Below, one piece after another: positions 36,658-51,294 of a DNA stretch of 64,000 nt (position 1 is the first letter of the stretch; every line of letters begins with the position of its first letter). Below the pieces are notes generated by a model that saw nothing but the letters and a program-made list of their open reading frames with translations, ran no database searches and was not told the origin of the DNA. The position numbers and the translations under genes were made by a program. This stretch comes from Geosiphon pyriformis uo1 (taxonomy: Eukaryota; Fungi; Glomeromycota): assembly GCA_016748015.1 (NCBI GenBank), contig JAAOMT010000607.1, forward strand, positions 248,001 to 312,000. The letters run 5' to 3'.

Positions 36658-39600
36658 GTGGCAAAACCAGAAAACATAGAAGCAAATCATTTAGGATTTG
36701 CCAAATTCTTGTTTCAACAGTACAGCCAACAATTAGGATTAAACAATAACCATTTCTCAGTAAAATCATCTTTCAATTTCTATGTCAATAATAAAATCAC
36801 AGACTGCTTAAGAGGAACAGTTAACATCGAATCAGCAAGAAAAAACTTTTATACAGAATTATTTCAACACATTAGCTTACCAAGAAACCACAGTTTCACA
36901 CCAATTATTAAGGAAATTAACTAAACTATTGAAAGATACTTTCAACAACAATTTCCTATCATTTATGCAGACAAATGCAAAGAAAGATTACAAACACCAG
37001 CAGTAATGCCTAAAAAAATACAACTACCAACTTGCAAGAAACAAAAAATCAAATCCTCACCATATTCATTATATTATCACATCTTCAGAAGCATGATCAA
37101 TATTTTATCAGCAGGCGTGTCCACATCAAATGCTACATCAATCTTTGGATAATTCCTATTTCAAAGTAAACAAAAAAAAGCAGAATTATTAAGACCATAT
37201 GGCGAATATTTTGAAGAATTTAAATCATGATCACCAACACTATCAGAATATCAATCACTACCATCTTAACCTGATTTTGGAATTTCTAACCTGTAGGAAG
37301 TAACCAAATCAGAAAAAAAAGAAGAAGATCAGGAATTTACTTACCAAAATCTGATCTCAGAAAACCCAGACATTGAAACTCTAAGCTTTCAAACACAGCA
37401 AGATCTAAATTTAGAAAATCCAAAAATTAGAACTTCGAATATTCAAACACTGTCAAATCAGAACAATCAAAATCTCGATTTAATTAATTAATAACACATA
37501 CCTCCAGAAATCATTCAACTAATTGAACCAATTGGCCAACCACTACAACAACCAAATCAGCAAATCTAACAGCCACCAGTACCATTTTAACAACTCCAAC
37601 AGCTGCTTTAATAGCCACAACAACCTCAATAGCCACTACAACAACCATTAAACTTGAATTTAATGGCCTATGCTCCAATTACCAAACTTGAGAAATTTAC
37701 TGGCAAAAAAGACAATGCCCAAGCATAGATTAATAATGTCACAAAAGCTATCACCACTAATAATTGGGATAATGTTAGAGCACTTTAAGCAATCTCATAC
37801 TTCTTACAAGACATCACTGATTCTTGGTATCAAAGCTTGATCAACAAACCTGTCACCTTTGACACATTTAAAACAGAGTTTTTGAGATACTTTAGCAACA
37901 ATAATAATATCAATTGCCTGGCCAACACTTTTATTACCATGAAACAAGGGGAAACTGAAACAGTCACTACATACCTAAGATGCTTTCATAGAAACTTGTG
38001 TCAAATTCAGACAATTCAAGCAGATTATTTTACAGTACCACAGATTCTAAACCAATTTATTAGAGGTTTGTACAGTAACATTCTCCAATGCATACACCCA
38101 TTACACCCAGTAGACCTCCAAGCTACAGTTAACAATGCCAGAGATTTTGAAGCTGCTGAACTTAAAGCAAACCACACCCAAGCCATTAATCTAGTGATGA
38201 ATAGATCATTTGAATTGGATTCTAAATTGAAACAATTCAGTGATTTAATCAACCAGAAATTAGAAGAATACATAGTTAACAATTGCACAATTTATTAGCC
38301 ATCACAACAATGCAATAATTTAGGAAATATGATTTGTTTCCAAAATCAGTCATGTCTACTATCATCATCAAGTCAGCCATGGCAGCCTGAGATGCATGTC
38401 TGCCACAACTGTGATAAACAAAGCCATATCTGAGTTAACTGTCATTCTTATAGTAACTCACAATTAAGAAATCATTACAGAAACCCTGATTGCAGATTTC
38501 AGATTCTGAACTATCATCCAAATCAAGATCAATATCAACCCACTTACCTGCCAATAATACAGTAACCAATATATCAACCACTAGTATATGTACCTCCAAG
38601 CTATCAACTACAGCCACCAGCAATTTATCAACCACAGCCCTAAGCAATCTATCAACCACAGTCACCAGTAATTTATTAACCTCAACTAATTCAAACACAA
38701 CTCCAAAACCCAGCTCAAATGACATTAGGCAATTCAAGATCCAGAATCACTTAAAACTGGAGATTGGCAATAGTTGTTTACCAACCAATTTCCAGCTTTT
38801 TGCACCAATCAACAGAATCATAGTTGTGAAATTCAGGAACTGGATCCACCCAAAATCCAAATTTCCAACACTATTTAAGTCTCTTGGTTATTTCAGAAGA
38901 CGTTTAATTCCACAACCTGGGATCCAATCAACAATTTATACTTATCAACAACATCCCACCAGCAACCATCATGAAAAACGAGTTACTTGCCACTATATTT
39001 CCCTTTGAAATTGACAAATTTTCAGAAGTCTTATTGTTCAGTAAAGCTGCCCTCAAAGAGAAACCCATAACTGCGATATATACTGATGCCAAAATTGATA
39101 GTCAGTTCATCAAACTAATTCTAGATAGTGGATCAGCTGGCAGCATCATTATCAAGCAACTCATGGATCAATTAGGTCACTGAGTTGACTGCACTGCCAG
39201 TGTCAGAATCATTACAGCTAATGGAACAACAAAAACTCCTATTGGTGAAATAGACGACTTCTCTATTGAAGTCAACAGCATTACAGTACCAATCAAAGTT
39301 TGGGTTATGGAAGCTATTCAGTACTAAGCTCTTGTTGGTAATGACTAGCTGTTCAAAACAAATGCAATGCTTAACTGAACTACATAAGAGTTGCAAATTA
39401 GTCAGAATGGCCAACACACATGAATACCAGCAATGTGCAGCCACTTTAAACCCAGCACTGCAATATGGCCACTTATTCACTTTAAAAAAGAGAAAAAAAA
39501 ACCTACCTGGAAAGCATATCAAGTATTATGGGCCAAAGACAACTACAACAAACTACCACTCATACTATTCTGGGATGACAACAGCAAATGAAAACAGAAA

Positions 39601-42600
39601 GAAGAACTTACCTGAAACACTGACCAAGCCTGAGAAATTGATAACAATCAAGACAAGCTACCAAGTTGAAAGTAAAAAGAAACCAACAAGGGAAAAAGAA
39701 AGGAAAAAGAAGAAGAAACAACACTCATAAACACTGTTATTTATAATTTCTACACCTATGCTACATCACAATAATTTACCTATCACTAATTAAAGCTCAT
39801 ATACATTGATTGTGGCAAGAAATTATTGTCAATGGGCACATGCTGTGGTGACAATAAGAAATACCACACAGCAACAAAATTCTACTGTCACTCATGCATT
39901 ATAAAACATTTTGGATGACCAAAATGACAAAAAAAATAGGACAATAAATCTTGTCTTATTTGTGAGGAAACCTTATTGGACAAAAGAATATGGAATGATA
40001 TTTTTAGATGAAGAAAAACTTGTGACAAATTGTGCCAATACATGATTCTAATTAGTGACTGGGTAAAAAAAGAGACTTCAATAGAAGCTGTCTGGACAGT
40101 TGTCCATACAACGATGACAAAATCTGGCAAATGGTACTCACCAAAATTGAAGAAGCATCTCCAGAAGAAATAAGAATAATTAAAAACAACCTACCAGAAC
40201 TTATAGAACTTGACTGGGGCCCAAACCCAAATATTGTCTTAGAGTCTATAAATTCAAAACAATTCCACAAACACTACCAAGAATTGGCATCCACTTAAAA
40301 AGAACAAAAGCAATAGTTGGAAAAAATAAACACTCAACTATGTAACCACTGTTTGATCTCATGTGACTTTTAATACTGTAATGAGTATGACCTCATTTAC
40401 AATCTACCACCACACATGATCTACACGATCCAAAAGAAAAAAGAACCAATTAACAGCTGCACATTGGAATTGGAATCAAATTTCAATCCTGATTCAAACT
40501 CCGACAATGATGACAACAAAAGCAATGATTCCAGTTCTGTTTAATATGGTCACAATGACAATAATTTTAACTCTAATTCAAACTCTGAACAATATATTGC
40601 ACTTCTTGACCTCAACAAGAAGCAGAAACTAAAATAATTCAGCAATAATAATGAAAGTATTATGCCAAAATGTGCACATAATACTGATGCAGGATTTGAT
40701 CTGAGATACCCTAAAAAAGAAATCATCAAATTGGAACCAAATTTGTGCACATGTATTAATTTCAAAATAGCACTGGTAATTCTAGCAACAACTATGATTC
40801 AATTAGCATCTAGAAGTAGTTTAGCAAAAAGAGAGATCAACATCAAAGAAGGAATAATTGATGCAGAATATATAGAAAATATTATTACTATGCTACAAAA
40901 TGACTTAAAAAAGGCCTATATTATAGAGCCAAATGAAAAGATAGCACAGACAATATTTCTGCCTCTGGTAAAAATAGCTCAGTTAGTTTCAGTGAAAAAT
41001 AGAGAAGAGTTAGAGATTACTGTAAAAGAGATACAGAGATTTGGATCAACAGGTAGAATAAATGTACCAGTCAATATAGCAGAGGAAGAAATTGTTGACA
41101 AAGGAGAAATTATCTCAATCCATCAATCAATTTCCATTTCATCATATGACCAATACATGTACACTATAGATAGGAAAGTGAAGAATCAAGCACAGATTTT
41201 TGAAGCAGAACCAATTTTTTGTGAAGCAGGAGAAATTGGACTAGTTAATATCCACATACCAGCCAAGAACTATAATCACATCAAAATTTCCATCTACAAC
41301 AACACAAGAAATATTATAAAAATACCAGAAAGAACCATCATTAGATATCTAAGCACAGAAGTAGAAGACCAACCACAAAACTCTATTCCAGACTTTCCAC
41401 AGCTTTGTGAATATGTTGACATCACATCACAAACAATTTACAGATAAAGTAAATGTTATTTGTTCCAACTGGAACAATTGGAACAAATGAACATGGAAAA
41501 CTTAAATTCATTTCAATAGATACAACTCAAGATGTTACTCAACAACTTTAATGACATCTTTGCCAGTAAAAATGAATTTGGCCATACCAATATCATCCAA
41601 CATCAAATCAAAACTGGAGATACAATGTTAATTAAACAAAGAGCATATCAAGTACCACCAGCCAGCCATAAGATCATTTGTCAAGAAATCAACCAGATGC
41701 TTAATAATGAGTTAATTTAACTATCAATAAGCCCATAGTTATTACCAATGGTACTAGTCCATAAAAAAAATGGAAAAATCTGTTTTTGTGTAGATTACTA
41801 GAAACTGAATAAAGTAACAAAAAGAGACAGCTATCCAACTTCAAAAATCCAAAAGCTGTTCGATGTTTTTGAAGAAAAGAAATGGTTCTCAACTTTGGAC
41901 TTAAACAGTAACTATTGGCAAATAACCATAAAACCAGAAGACAAAGAAAACAGCTTTTACAACTCAAGAAAAAAAATTTGAGTTTGAAGTAATATCATTT
42001 GGCTTGATGAATGCATCAACAACATTCCAATGGCTGATAGAAATTGTTTATACTAGACTGTTATGGAAATCAGTAGTCATATATCTAGATAATACCAATA
42101 TGTTCTCGAAAACATTTGATAATCATCTACATCATTTCCAACAAGTATTTGAAAAACTAAAAAGAGCTGGATTGAAGCTAAATGAATGCTTCTTTGGAAA
42201 AACTGAACTCAAATTTTTGGGACATGTTGTAAACAAAGACAGTATCAAAACAAATCCAGATAAGATAGAAGCTATTAAGAACTTTTTAGTACCAACTAAT
42301 CTCACAAAATTAAGAACATTTTTGGGATTGGCTGGATACTACCACCACTTTATCAAAGACTTTTCCAAAATAGCTCAACCATTACACCAACTCCAAACAA
42401 AGAACACCAAATACAAATGGACTGAAACTCAGAAAAAAGCTTTTAATATACTAAGAAGAAAACTTATTCAGACTCCAGTATTAATCTATCCAAATCATAG
42501 CAAACCATTCATCATTACCACTGTTACCAAAAGATTTTCACACTTTTTAATGCAAAAATTACAACACATACAATGGAAATTAACATTAAAATCATGTGAA

Positions 42601-44265
42601 AAAGACCTATATCATTGTATTTAATCAACAAAATCAGCCGGCAATCTGAAAATAAATGATCAGCAATCAATCCAATTACAACAAAGAAATATGGTACAAT
42701 TTAACAGTTTAACTAAGTTGGATACAAAGAAATCTTGGCAAACTAAGAAACACCAATAGAAATAAATGATTAATGCATGTAATCAGATAACAACAGATTT
42801 TGTTATGCTTCAAAATTCTCATATGTCCTTATTGGAACAATCTAATATTCCAGATCTGCAATTAATAATTAATCAATTGATCTACTTCTGATTATGTTGA
42901 TCATAATCACAATTGGTATCATTGATTTACAATCAATGTTCTAGATCCAGCTATCTAAAATCTGATCATCTAAATTATTAGTTCTTGGATAAATAACAGG
43001 CTGAGTAAGCTTATCATAAATTAATTAATTAAATGTATATAAATAATTGATGTATTTTAAATAATTCTAATATAGTATGTAGATCTGATATAATTTAACT
43101 ATATATACAGCTCCTTTGTCAGCTCAAAAAAGCATTAGTTCAATACTGAGCCAACTCTTTGCTATAGTTTTATAGTGAGCAGTTAGTCCTTTTCTCTATT
43201 TTTCACTCTTTTTTTCTCTTCTTTCTATGCTCTAAATACTTGTTATTACAATTTCAAGTATGCTTTCTCATATTCCTTATCACCATTTGGAATTATGTTA
43301 TTTATAACTTCTTATCTATTTGTTAATAATATTATCAAGCTTTTTATTACTTCTGATCTTTCAAATCATGTGTTATCACCATTTTATATTAAGTCTTGTT
43401 TCACCAAACAAGTTATTAAATATAAAAATAAGTAATAAAGTATCATGTTATTAGAGAATGGTTTCAACAATAAAAAGTTTAAATCTATTTCAGTTATGTT
43501 TTACTCTTACAATCTTTTATCATTTTTATAACTTCGTTTTCAAAGCAGACATTTGAATACCATACCCTTTTGATAACTAATTAAAAGAATTTTGGTTACA
43601 ATTTCCTTAAGTAGTTTTGGTTTCTTCTTGTTGCTAGTTGCACTTTTGATACATATAAAGAGATGTGACTTCTCTTCCCCCTTTTAAATACCTAAGACTG
43701 ATTCTTGCCCAAAAACAAATAATAATGACAATATTTTCTCTCACTTTTAATAACTTTATTATATACCTTTTTTTTGCTCTCCCACTTACTGAAATAGTCC
43801 ATACACCCATAATATGCTATAGTTTGTAGTATAATCATGATAATGTGTGTTACCAGTTGAGCTAAAAAATGGTCTCTAATACTGACAAAAACCATTGGTA
43901 ACACCACTAATACATCAGACCAAGCATTAGAAGCAGTACTATCACAAAAAAAACCAGATAAAAGAGAACATCCAATAGCATACACCAGTCAAAGCTTAAT
44001 GCCAGCCAAAAAAAACTATGAAACACTAGTACTGGAACACTTAGCAATCTACTGGGCTGTTATGAAATAGAAAAAATACTTAAGCCAAAAGTTTGAGATA
44101 CACACTGATTACAAAAGATTGACTTTAATTCAGAAACAAAAATTTGGAGATGATTGACATGCAAGATGAAAAATAGCACTTTCACTATATAATTTTATGA
44201 TACATTATAAAAAAAGAAAGAAAAATAAAAATACTGATGGTTTGTTATAAATGAAACAAATCTGA
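36658..44265 (+). pseudogene. E7 gag-pol (dUTPase at about 40662-41065), interrupted by the solo LTR in RNase H
   Basis: LILDSGSAG; DAGFDL, RSSLAK, IIDAEY, EKIAQ, RFGSTG; YLDN; RNase H resumes at 43908. Confidence 0.87.
42522..43903. mobile_element. Solo LTR (1382 bp) of a family not otherwise represented in the window
   Basis: TGTTACCAA...TTGGTAACA termini and TSD CCAC at 42518-42521 and 43904-43907; non-coding. Confidence 0.85.
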
Positions 44266-44324
44266 ACATTTCAACTCAAAAATATAACAAAATCTGAACA
44301 TTAAACACAAAAATATAACAAAAA

Positions 44325-45701
44325 ATAAACACACAAAAATACCAACAACTCCAATATTATATAAATACTCAACAGTTCAAAGAAAAATTATCTCAAAAAG
44401 AACAAAATCAGATTAAACAACAATCAAAATATTTTATCAATCATCAAAATATACTTTACTGGAAAAATAGACAAGATTTAGATTAACCAACCAGAGTAAT
44501 GACAGAATTAGAGAAAGAAACAATACTATTTAACATGTACTCTAATCCAACAACAGGACATTTTTATAAAGAAACAACTATAAAAAAAATTAGAAAAAAA
44601 TACTATTGGCTATCTATGTATCCAGATATTATCCAATATGTTCAAAATTGTAATGTTTATTAAAAAAAAGGAGGAACAAAACCCAGTAAACCACTGAGAC
44701 CAATCAAAATAAGACAACCATTCGATCACATTGGAATTGACTTAGTCAGACCATTAACAATCACTAGTAAAGACAACAGATATATTATAGTAGCCATGGA
44801 TTATCTTACCAAATGGCCAGAAGCAAAAGCTATTCAAAGAGCAGATGTGGAATCCATTGCTGAATTTGTTCACCAAGATCTAATTTGTCGACATAGATGT
44901 CCAAAAGAATTACTATTAGATTAAGGAATACACTTTGTGAATAAAATATTAGCTGAGTTAAGTCAAAGATTTGGAATCAAAAGACTATTATTATCACTAT
45001 ACTATTCATAAACGAATGGCTTAGTTAAAAGATTTAATAGAACATTGTGTAAAGCAATTGCCAAAATCAGCCAAGAAAATTAAGAAGAATGGAATTTGTT
45101 TATATTATCAGTATTATTTGCTTATTAGACAATAAAGCAAGATACCACACAAGCAACACTATTTGAATTGGTATACAGTAGAACAGCAATATTATCAGTT
45201 GAGATAGAGATTAATACATATCCAACTGAACCAATAACAGAAGATAATTTCCAAGAAACATTGTTGAAAAGAACATATAACTTAATGGAAACACTAAAAA
45301 ACAGATGATAAAAAACAGCTAATAATATCCAAAAGTCTCAAAAAAAGCAAAAAAAATAACACAATAACCAACTACCAGATAAACTAGTTGAATTCAAGAT
45401 TGGAGACAAAGTACTCTTACATCATACTAAAGTGAAAAAACAATGGAGTAGAAAATTCAATCCCAAATAGAATAGACCATTTCACATAGAAAAAATTCTA
45501 GGAAATAGAGCTTATAAATTAAGATGGGACAACAAAATTTTAGCCAAAGCAGCATATGATAATTAACTGAAACCATATTACCAGATAGTATCATTATTCA
45601 CCAATAATATTCCACAACTGGGAGTACAATGAATACTAGTCCAACCAGGTGAAATTCCACAAAATCTGGAACCAATCATAATCATTGGACCAAACACGTA
45701 A
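44325..45701 (+). pseudogene. E7 integrase (separate ORF, start decayed to ATA)
   Basis: GIDLV, DYLTKWPEA and TNGLV remnants. Confidence 0.82.
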
Positions 45702-45761
45702 AATTGAACAATAAAAGAGTATATAAAGATACAGTATATATAACAAAAGCAATAAAGAAAA

Positions 45762-46398
45762 ATAGAAATATCAGACTATATTCACACTTTAGCTCAACAA
45801 TTGTTTTAGGCTTTAAGTTAACAGCAAACAAACATGGAAATTATTATCAACAACCAAACAATCTGTTATTGAAACACCAAACAAAAAGAAAAAAATACAC
45901 CATATCAGTAATCACAGAAACAATCAATAAACTGGTCAGATAAAATAGTAGAGAAAGTAAAAAACACTTTTGGAAAGATAACTATCACAGTTCCAACAAA
46001 AGAACTAGTAAAAGAAAATTGAAATCAATGGTTAGACCAACTTCCAATACCATACTGTTACTACCAATTGGAACGAAAAATAGATATTTAGAAATTATAT
46101 CTTGACAAAACCAAGAAAATCTTCAATCAAGAGATAATCTGGAACATTGAAGACATTATTAGAAAGAAAACGAACTTAACATTATACATTAAAACCATGT
46201 ATTGACTACACACTATATTTCAGAACTACCCAGAAGTATTGTTACATTTTGGATATGGAAACAATAATTATCAATCAATAGGGAAGAATGAACAACTTTC
46301 AAATTGAAAAAATAAAAAATAGAGTAGAACAGATACTACTTAAAAAAGAAGTATTTGACATAATTCAAAATGAAGATTTCAACAGAGTTCAATATTAA
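45762..46398 (+). pseudogene. E7 ORF3
   Basis: LPIPYCYYQL...DFNRVQY-stop at the PPT; homologous to E9 ORF3. Confidence 0.72.
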
Positions 46399-49300
46399 AA
46401 AGAGGAAATAATGTTACTTACAAAAAGAAAACAGATATAGAAAAATAGTAGACCAATAAGAAATAGAAGTTAGCATGTGAGCACATTGCTCAGCAATGTA
46501 AAGCAATATAAGAAATTATGGCACATTGCTTAGCAATGTGAAGCAATATTAGAAAATTACAGCATATTGCTTAGCAATGTGAGCATTGCTTAAGAAATCA
46601 TAGCACATTGCTCGAAAATATGAGCAATCTTGTAGAACATAAATTAGGTATATATAGTGGTAGTATTAGAAGAAAAAAAGACAGACCTTTTCATTTAGAT
46701 TTAATCTAAGCAATTTTCTCCATTACAAATATTAATAAATAACTATTTGTTATCTCAATCTATTCTCTGCTATTAACACTTCATGTTGATAGTAATTGAT
46801 ACTTAACTACACTGGAACAATAGCTCTTGATCATGGCTATTGATGGAATATTAACTTGCAAATTGCTTTGGCCTATTTTTTTATTTCTTTTATTTTTTTT
46901 TATTTCTTGATATTTTGTTGTTGTATACTAATTAATTAAAAATAAAGCACCAAATTACTGACATCAAGAATTGTCTGGTAAAAAATCTCTGTGAGTGAAT
47001 AGAACATGTAAAAGGAATTATGGATTACTTACCAGAGAATTGCCAGCCATCAAGCTAAAAAAAGAAATTGACAGAATTGCGATTCTGAAAAGCTATAGAT
47101 AACAACACTATTGAATCTTTGTTTATTATACAAAGGACTCAATCAAAACTTTCAGATCACAAAACCTTTAGATTATCATCAATGCAAATAGCTTTTGAGC
47201 ACCAAGTTACTAGTTTGTTATTTGACTTGAGACTCCAAATAATTACTTGTAACAACATGGGAACCAACTAAATACAGCCACTTACCAGCAATATTCTTCC
47301 AGCCGTCAGTACCAAAGACAAATTACTAGCCGCTATATTCCCTTTTGATCTTGATAAAATTAATACCAACTGATTACAGCCATGTATACCAATATTAAAG
47401 TCGATGATCAATCTATCAAGTTTATCCTTGATAGTGGGTCAGCAGACAGCATAATCACATAACAATTCATGGACCAATTAAGTTGCTAAGTTGATCATGC
47501 TGTCAGCACCAGAATTATTATGACTGATGAAGCTACAAAGACTCCCATTGGTGAGATTGATGACTTCCCTTTTGAAGTCAATGGCATTACTACAATTAAA
47601 GTCTTAGTAATAGAAGCCACTTAATACCAAGTACTTATTGATAATGATTGGCTGTCCAAAACAAATGCAACTCTTGATTGAACCACTCAGGAACTTCAAC
47701 TCAGTTAAAATGGATGACACACCTGAGTACCAGCAATCTGTGGCCATTTTAAATCCAGTACCATGCCAATCACTCCACTAATCAAATTTAAAGAAGAAGT
47801 AAGCAAACCTTTTTGGGAAGCCTATCAAGTCTCATGGACTGATGAGGACCACAATGAGTTACCACCAATACTCTCATAGGACAACCAAAAAAAAGAAAAG
47901 CACACAGAAAAACTTACCTGGAGAACTGACCAAAACATGTGAATTAACAACAACCAAAGTGAAATACTACCAATTCTAGACTGGAAAGAAAAAGACAAAG
48001 GAAAAAAAAAAAAGGAAGGAAGACATACCTAAAGAAACCAATGACATCACAGAAACTAGTAGTTGGAGAAGTACATACTTAACAGATACCAGACCAGAAC
48101 CATCTTATATTTCTCTTAGATGTAAAGACTGCAAGAAGAAACTTTCTTCCATAAGAGCTTGGATCACATCAGATAAAGATTACTGAACACAAACCCACTA
48201 CTATTGTAAGCTGTGCCACAGAAAACAGTATGACTACCCAAAATGACAAGACAAGTGGGACAATAAACCATGTCTCACTTGTGATGAACAATTGCTCGAC
48301 GAGAGAATGTGAAACAACATTTCTGGTTGAGGAAAAACATGTAATGCTTTGTGCCAGTACATAATTCTCATCAGTGACTGGGTGAGTCATGGTATGCCAA
48401 TAATTGCTGCCTAGCACTGAGCAATCTTTCACTTGGACAGTTACTTACATGATAAGAACAAGATCTGGTGGATGGTGAATGCCAAAGTAGAAGATTCCAT
48501 GTTCAGCAAAATATTGGAAATCAAGAACAACTCTCCAAAACCAGTCAATATTGTTTTGATTCCCAACTCAGACGTTTTCCTGGACCTTAAAGCAGGTCCA
48601 GAAGAATTCCATGAGCACTACCAAAATTTGGCACCAACAAGAAAGAAACAAAAATAGTATTTGGCCCAAATAAACATCCAACTATGTGACCACTGTTTAA
48701 TTCCATGTGACTTTCAATATTGTAATAAGTGTGATCTTATTTACAATCCACCACCATGTATGATCTATATAATCCCAGAAGAAAAAGAACCAATCAGCAG
48801 CTATGCATTAGAATTGGATTTGGATTTTAATACTAATTCAAACTCTGAAAACAATAATGACAAAAACACCAGTTCCAGCTCCACTCAATATGGCAATGAA
48901 AATAACAATAATTTGAACTCCAATTCAAACTCCAAAACATTTATTGTGCTTTTTGATCTCACCAAAGAGCAAGAATTTAAATGGTTCAGTGATAATAATA
49001 AAGATATCATGTTGGAATGTGCACATAATACTGATGCAGGGTTTGATCTAAGATATCCAAAGAAGAATGCCATCAAACTGGAATCATATTTGCATATTTG
49101 CATTAATCTTAAAATAGCACTGAAAATTCCAGTGACCACCATGGTTCAACTAGTATTCAAAAGTAGTTTAGTGAAAAAAAAAATCAACATCAGAGGAAAA
49201 ATAATAGATGCAGAATACATAGAAAATATTATTACAATACTACAAAATGACTCAGAAAAAGCCTATATTATAGAGCCAAATAAAAAGATAGCATAGGCAA

Positions 49301-51294
49301 TATTCTTGCCTCTGGTTAAAATAGCCCAACTAGTATCAGTAGAAAACAGAAAGGAATTAAGGATTACAGCTAGAGGGATACAGAGATTCAGATTCATGGG
49401 TAGAATAGATATACCAATCAATATGGCAGAGGAAGAAGTTATTGACAAAGAAGAAATTATCTCAACCATCAATCAATTTCCATTCCATCATATGACCAGT
49501 ATATGTTAGCCATAAAAAGAAAAGTAAAGAATCAAGCTCAGTTGTTAAAAGCAGAAGCCACTATTTGCAAATTAGAAGAGATTGAACTCACTAATCTCTA
49601 CATATCAGCCAAAAGCCCAAAAACATCAAAATTTCCATCTACAACACAACTGGAAAGGTCATTGAAATACCAAAGAAAATCATCATTGAATATTTAACCA
49701 CTAAAGTTGAGGATTAACCACCAAACTACATTCCAAATTTTCTACAGCTTTGTGGATATGTAGACATCACATCACAAACTATTTATGGACAAAGTGAATG
49801 TTATCTGCTTTAATTAGAACAATTAGAACAGATGAACATAGGAAATCTAAATCCACTCCAACAGATACAACTAAAGATATTACTCAGCAATTTCAATAAC
49901 ATCTTTGCTAGTGAAAATGAATTTGGCCACACCAATATTATTCAGCATTAGATCAAGACTGGAGATGCAATACCAATTAAACAAAGAACATATCAAGTAC
50001 CATCAGCCAGCCATGAGATTATTCATTAAGAAATCAATCAGATGTTAGACAATGGGCTAATTTAGCCATCAATGAATCCATAGTTATTATCAGTGATACT
50101 AGTCTGAAAGAAAAATGGGAAAATCCACTTTTGTGTGGATTATAGAAAACTTAACAGTATTACTCAAGGAGATAGTTATTCAACTCCATAGATTAAAGAA
50201 TTATTTGATGCTTTTGGTGGAAATAAATAGTTCTCAATACTGAATCTAGATAGTGGTTACTGGCAAGTAGCCATGAACCCAGCTAACAAAGAAAAAACTG
50301 CATTTACAACAAAAGAAGAAAATTTTGAATTCGAAGTCATGCCATTTGGGTTAATAAATGCACCAATCACATTTCAAAGGCTAATAGAAATTGTCTACAC
50401 GGAACTATTATGGTAATCAGTAGTTGTATACTTAAATGACACCAATGTATTTTCAAGAACATTTGACAATCATTTTCATCATCTACAGCAAGTGTTTGAA
50501 AGACTCAAAAGAACAGGATTGAAGTTAAATGCAAACAAATACTTCTTTGGCAAAACAGAATTAAAATTTTTGGAATATGTTATGAGCAAAGACAACATTA
50601 AAACAGATCCAAACAAAATTAAAGTTGTTAAGAACTTTCCAGTATCAAATAATCTCACAGAACTAAGAGTGTTCTTGAAATTTGCAGAATACTATCACTA
50701 ATTTATTAAAGACTTTTCTAAACTGGCTCAGCCATTACATCAACTCCAAAACAAAAACGTAAAATATGAATGAACAGAAATCCAGCAGGAAGCTTTTGAC
50801 ACACTAAGAAAAAAGCTCATTTAAGCTCCAGTATTGATTTATTTAGACCACAACAAGCCATTTATCATCACCATTAATACATCAGGTTAAGCATTGAGAG
50901 CAGTACTATTACAGAGAAAACCAGATGAAAGAGAATATTCAGTAGCATATGCTAGCTAAAGTTTGAGTCTAGCAGAAAAAAACTATGGAATATTAGCACT
51001 AAAACACTTAACAATATACTGGGCAATCATGAAATGAAAGAAATACTTGAGCCAGAAATTTGACATCTACACAGACCATAAAGGATTGACTTTAATCTAG
51101 AAGCAAAGAATTTGGAGATAATTAACATGCAAGATGAAAAATAGAACTATTACCATTTAAATATACAGTACATTATAAAAAGAAAAAAAAAATGGAAATA
51201 CCAATGATTTGTTGTGAATGAGACAAATCTAAGAACATTTCAACCCAAAAATATAACAAAATCCAAACAATTGAGAACAAAAATATAACAAAAG

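Larger units (their letters stand above)
35858..47254 (+). mobile_element. E7: complete Gypsy element nested in E5 gag
   Basis: LTRs 35858-36595 and 46412-47254; TSD ACAT at 35854-35857 and 47255-47258. Confidence 0.93.
33690..51232 (+). pseudogene. E5 gag-pol, split by E7 (33690-35857 and 47259-51232), dUTPase at about 49010-49400
   Basis: Gag ORFs 33772 and 34621; FILDSGSA; CDHCLIPCDFQYCNKC; DAGFDL; RT and RH remnants ending MRQI-stop. Confidence 0.85.

Noticed and set aside
38490-39008. Ser/Thr-rich ORF resembling a mucin-like gene
   Set aside because: It is an alternative frame of the low-complexity Gln/Pro-rich gag 3' region.
40662-41447. Host or bacterial dut gene
   Set aside because: It is embedded within retrotransposon pol at the same position in four elements.
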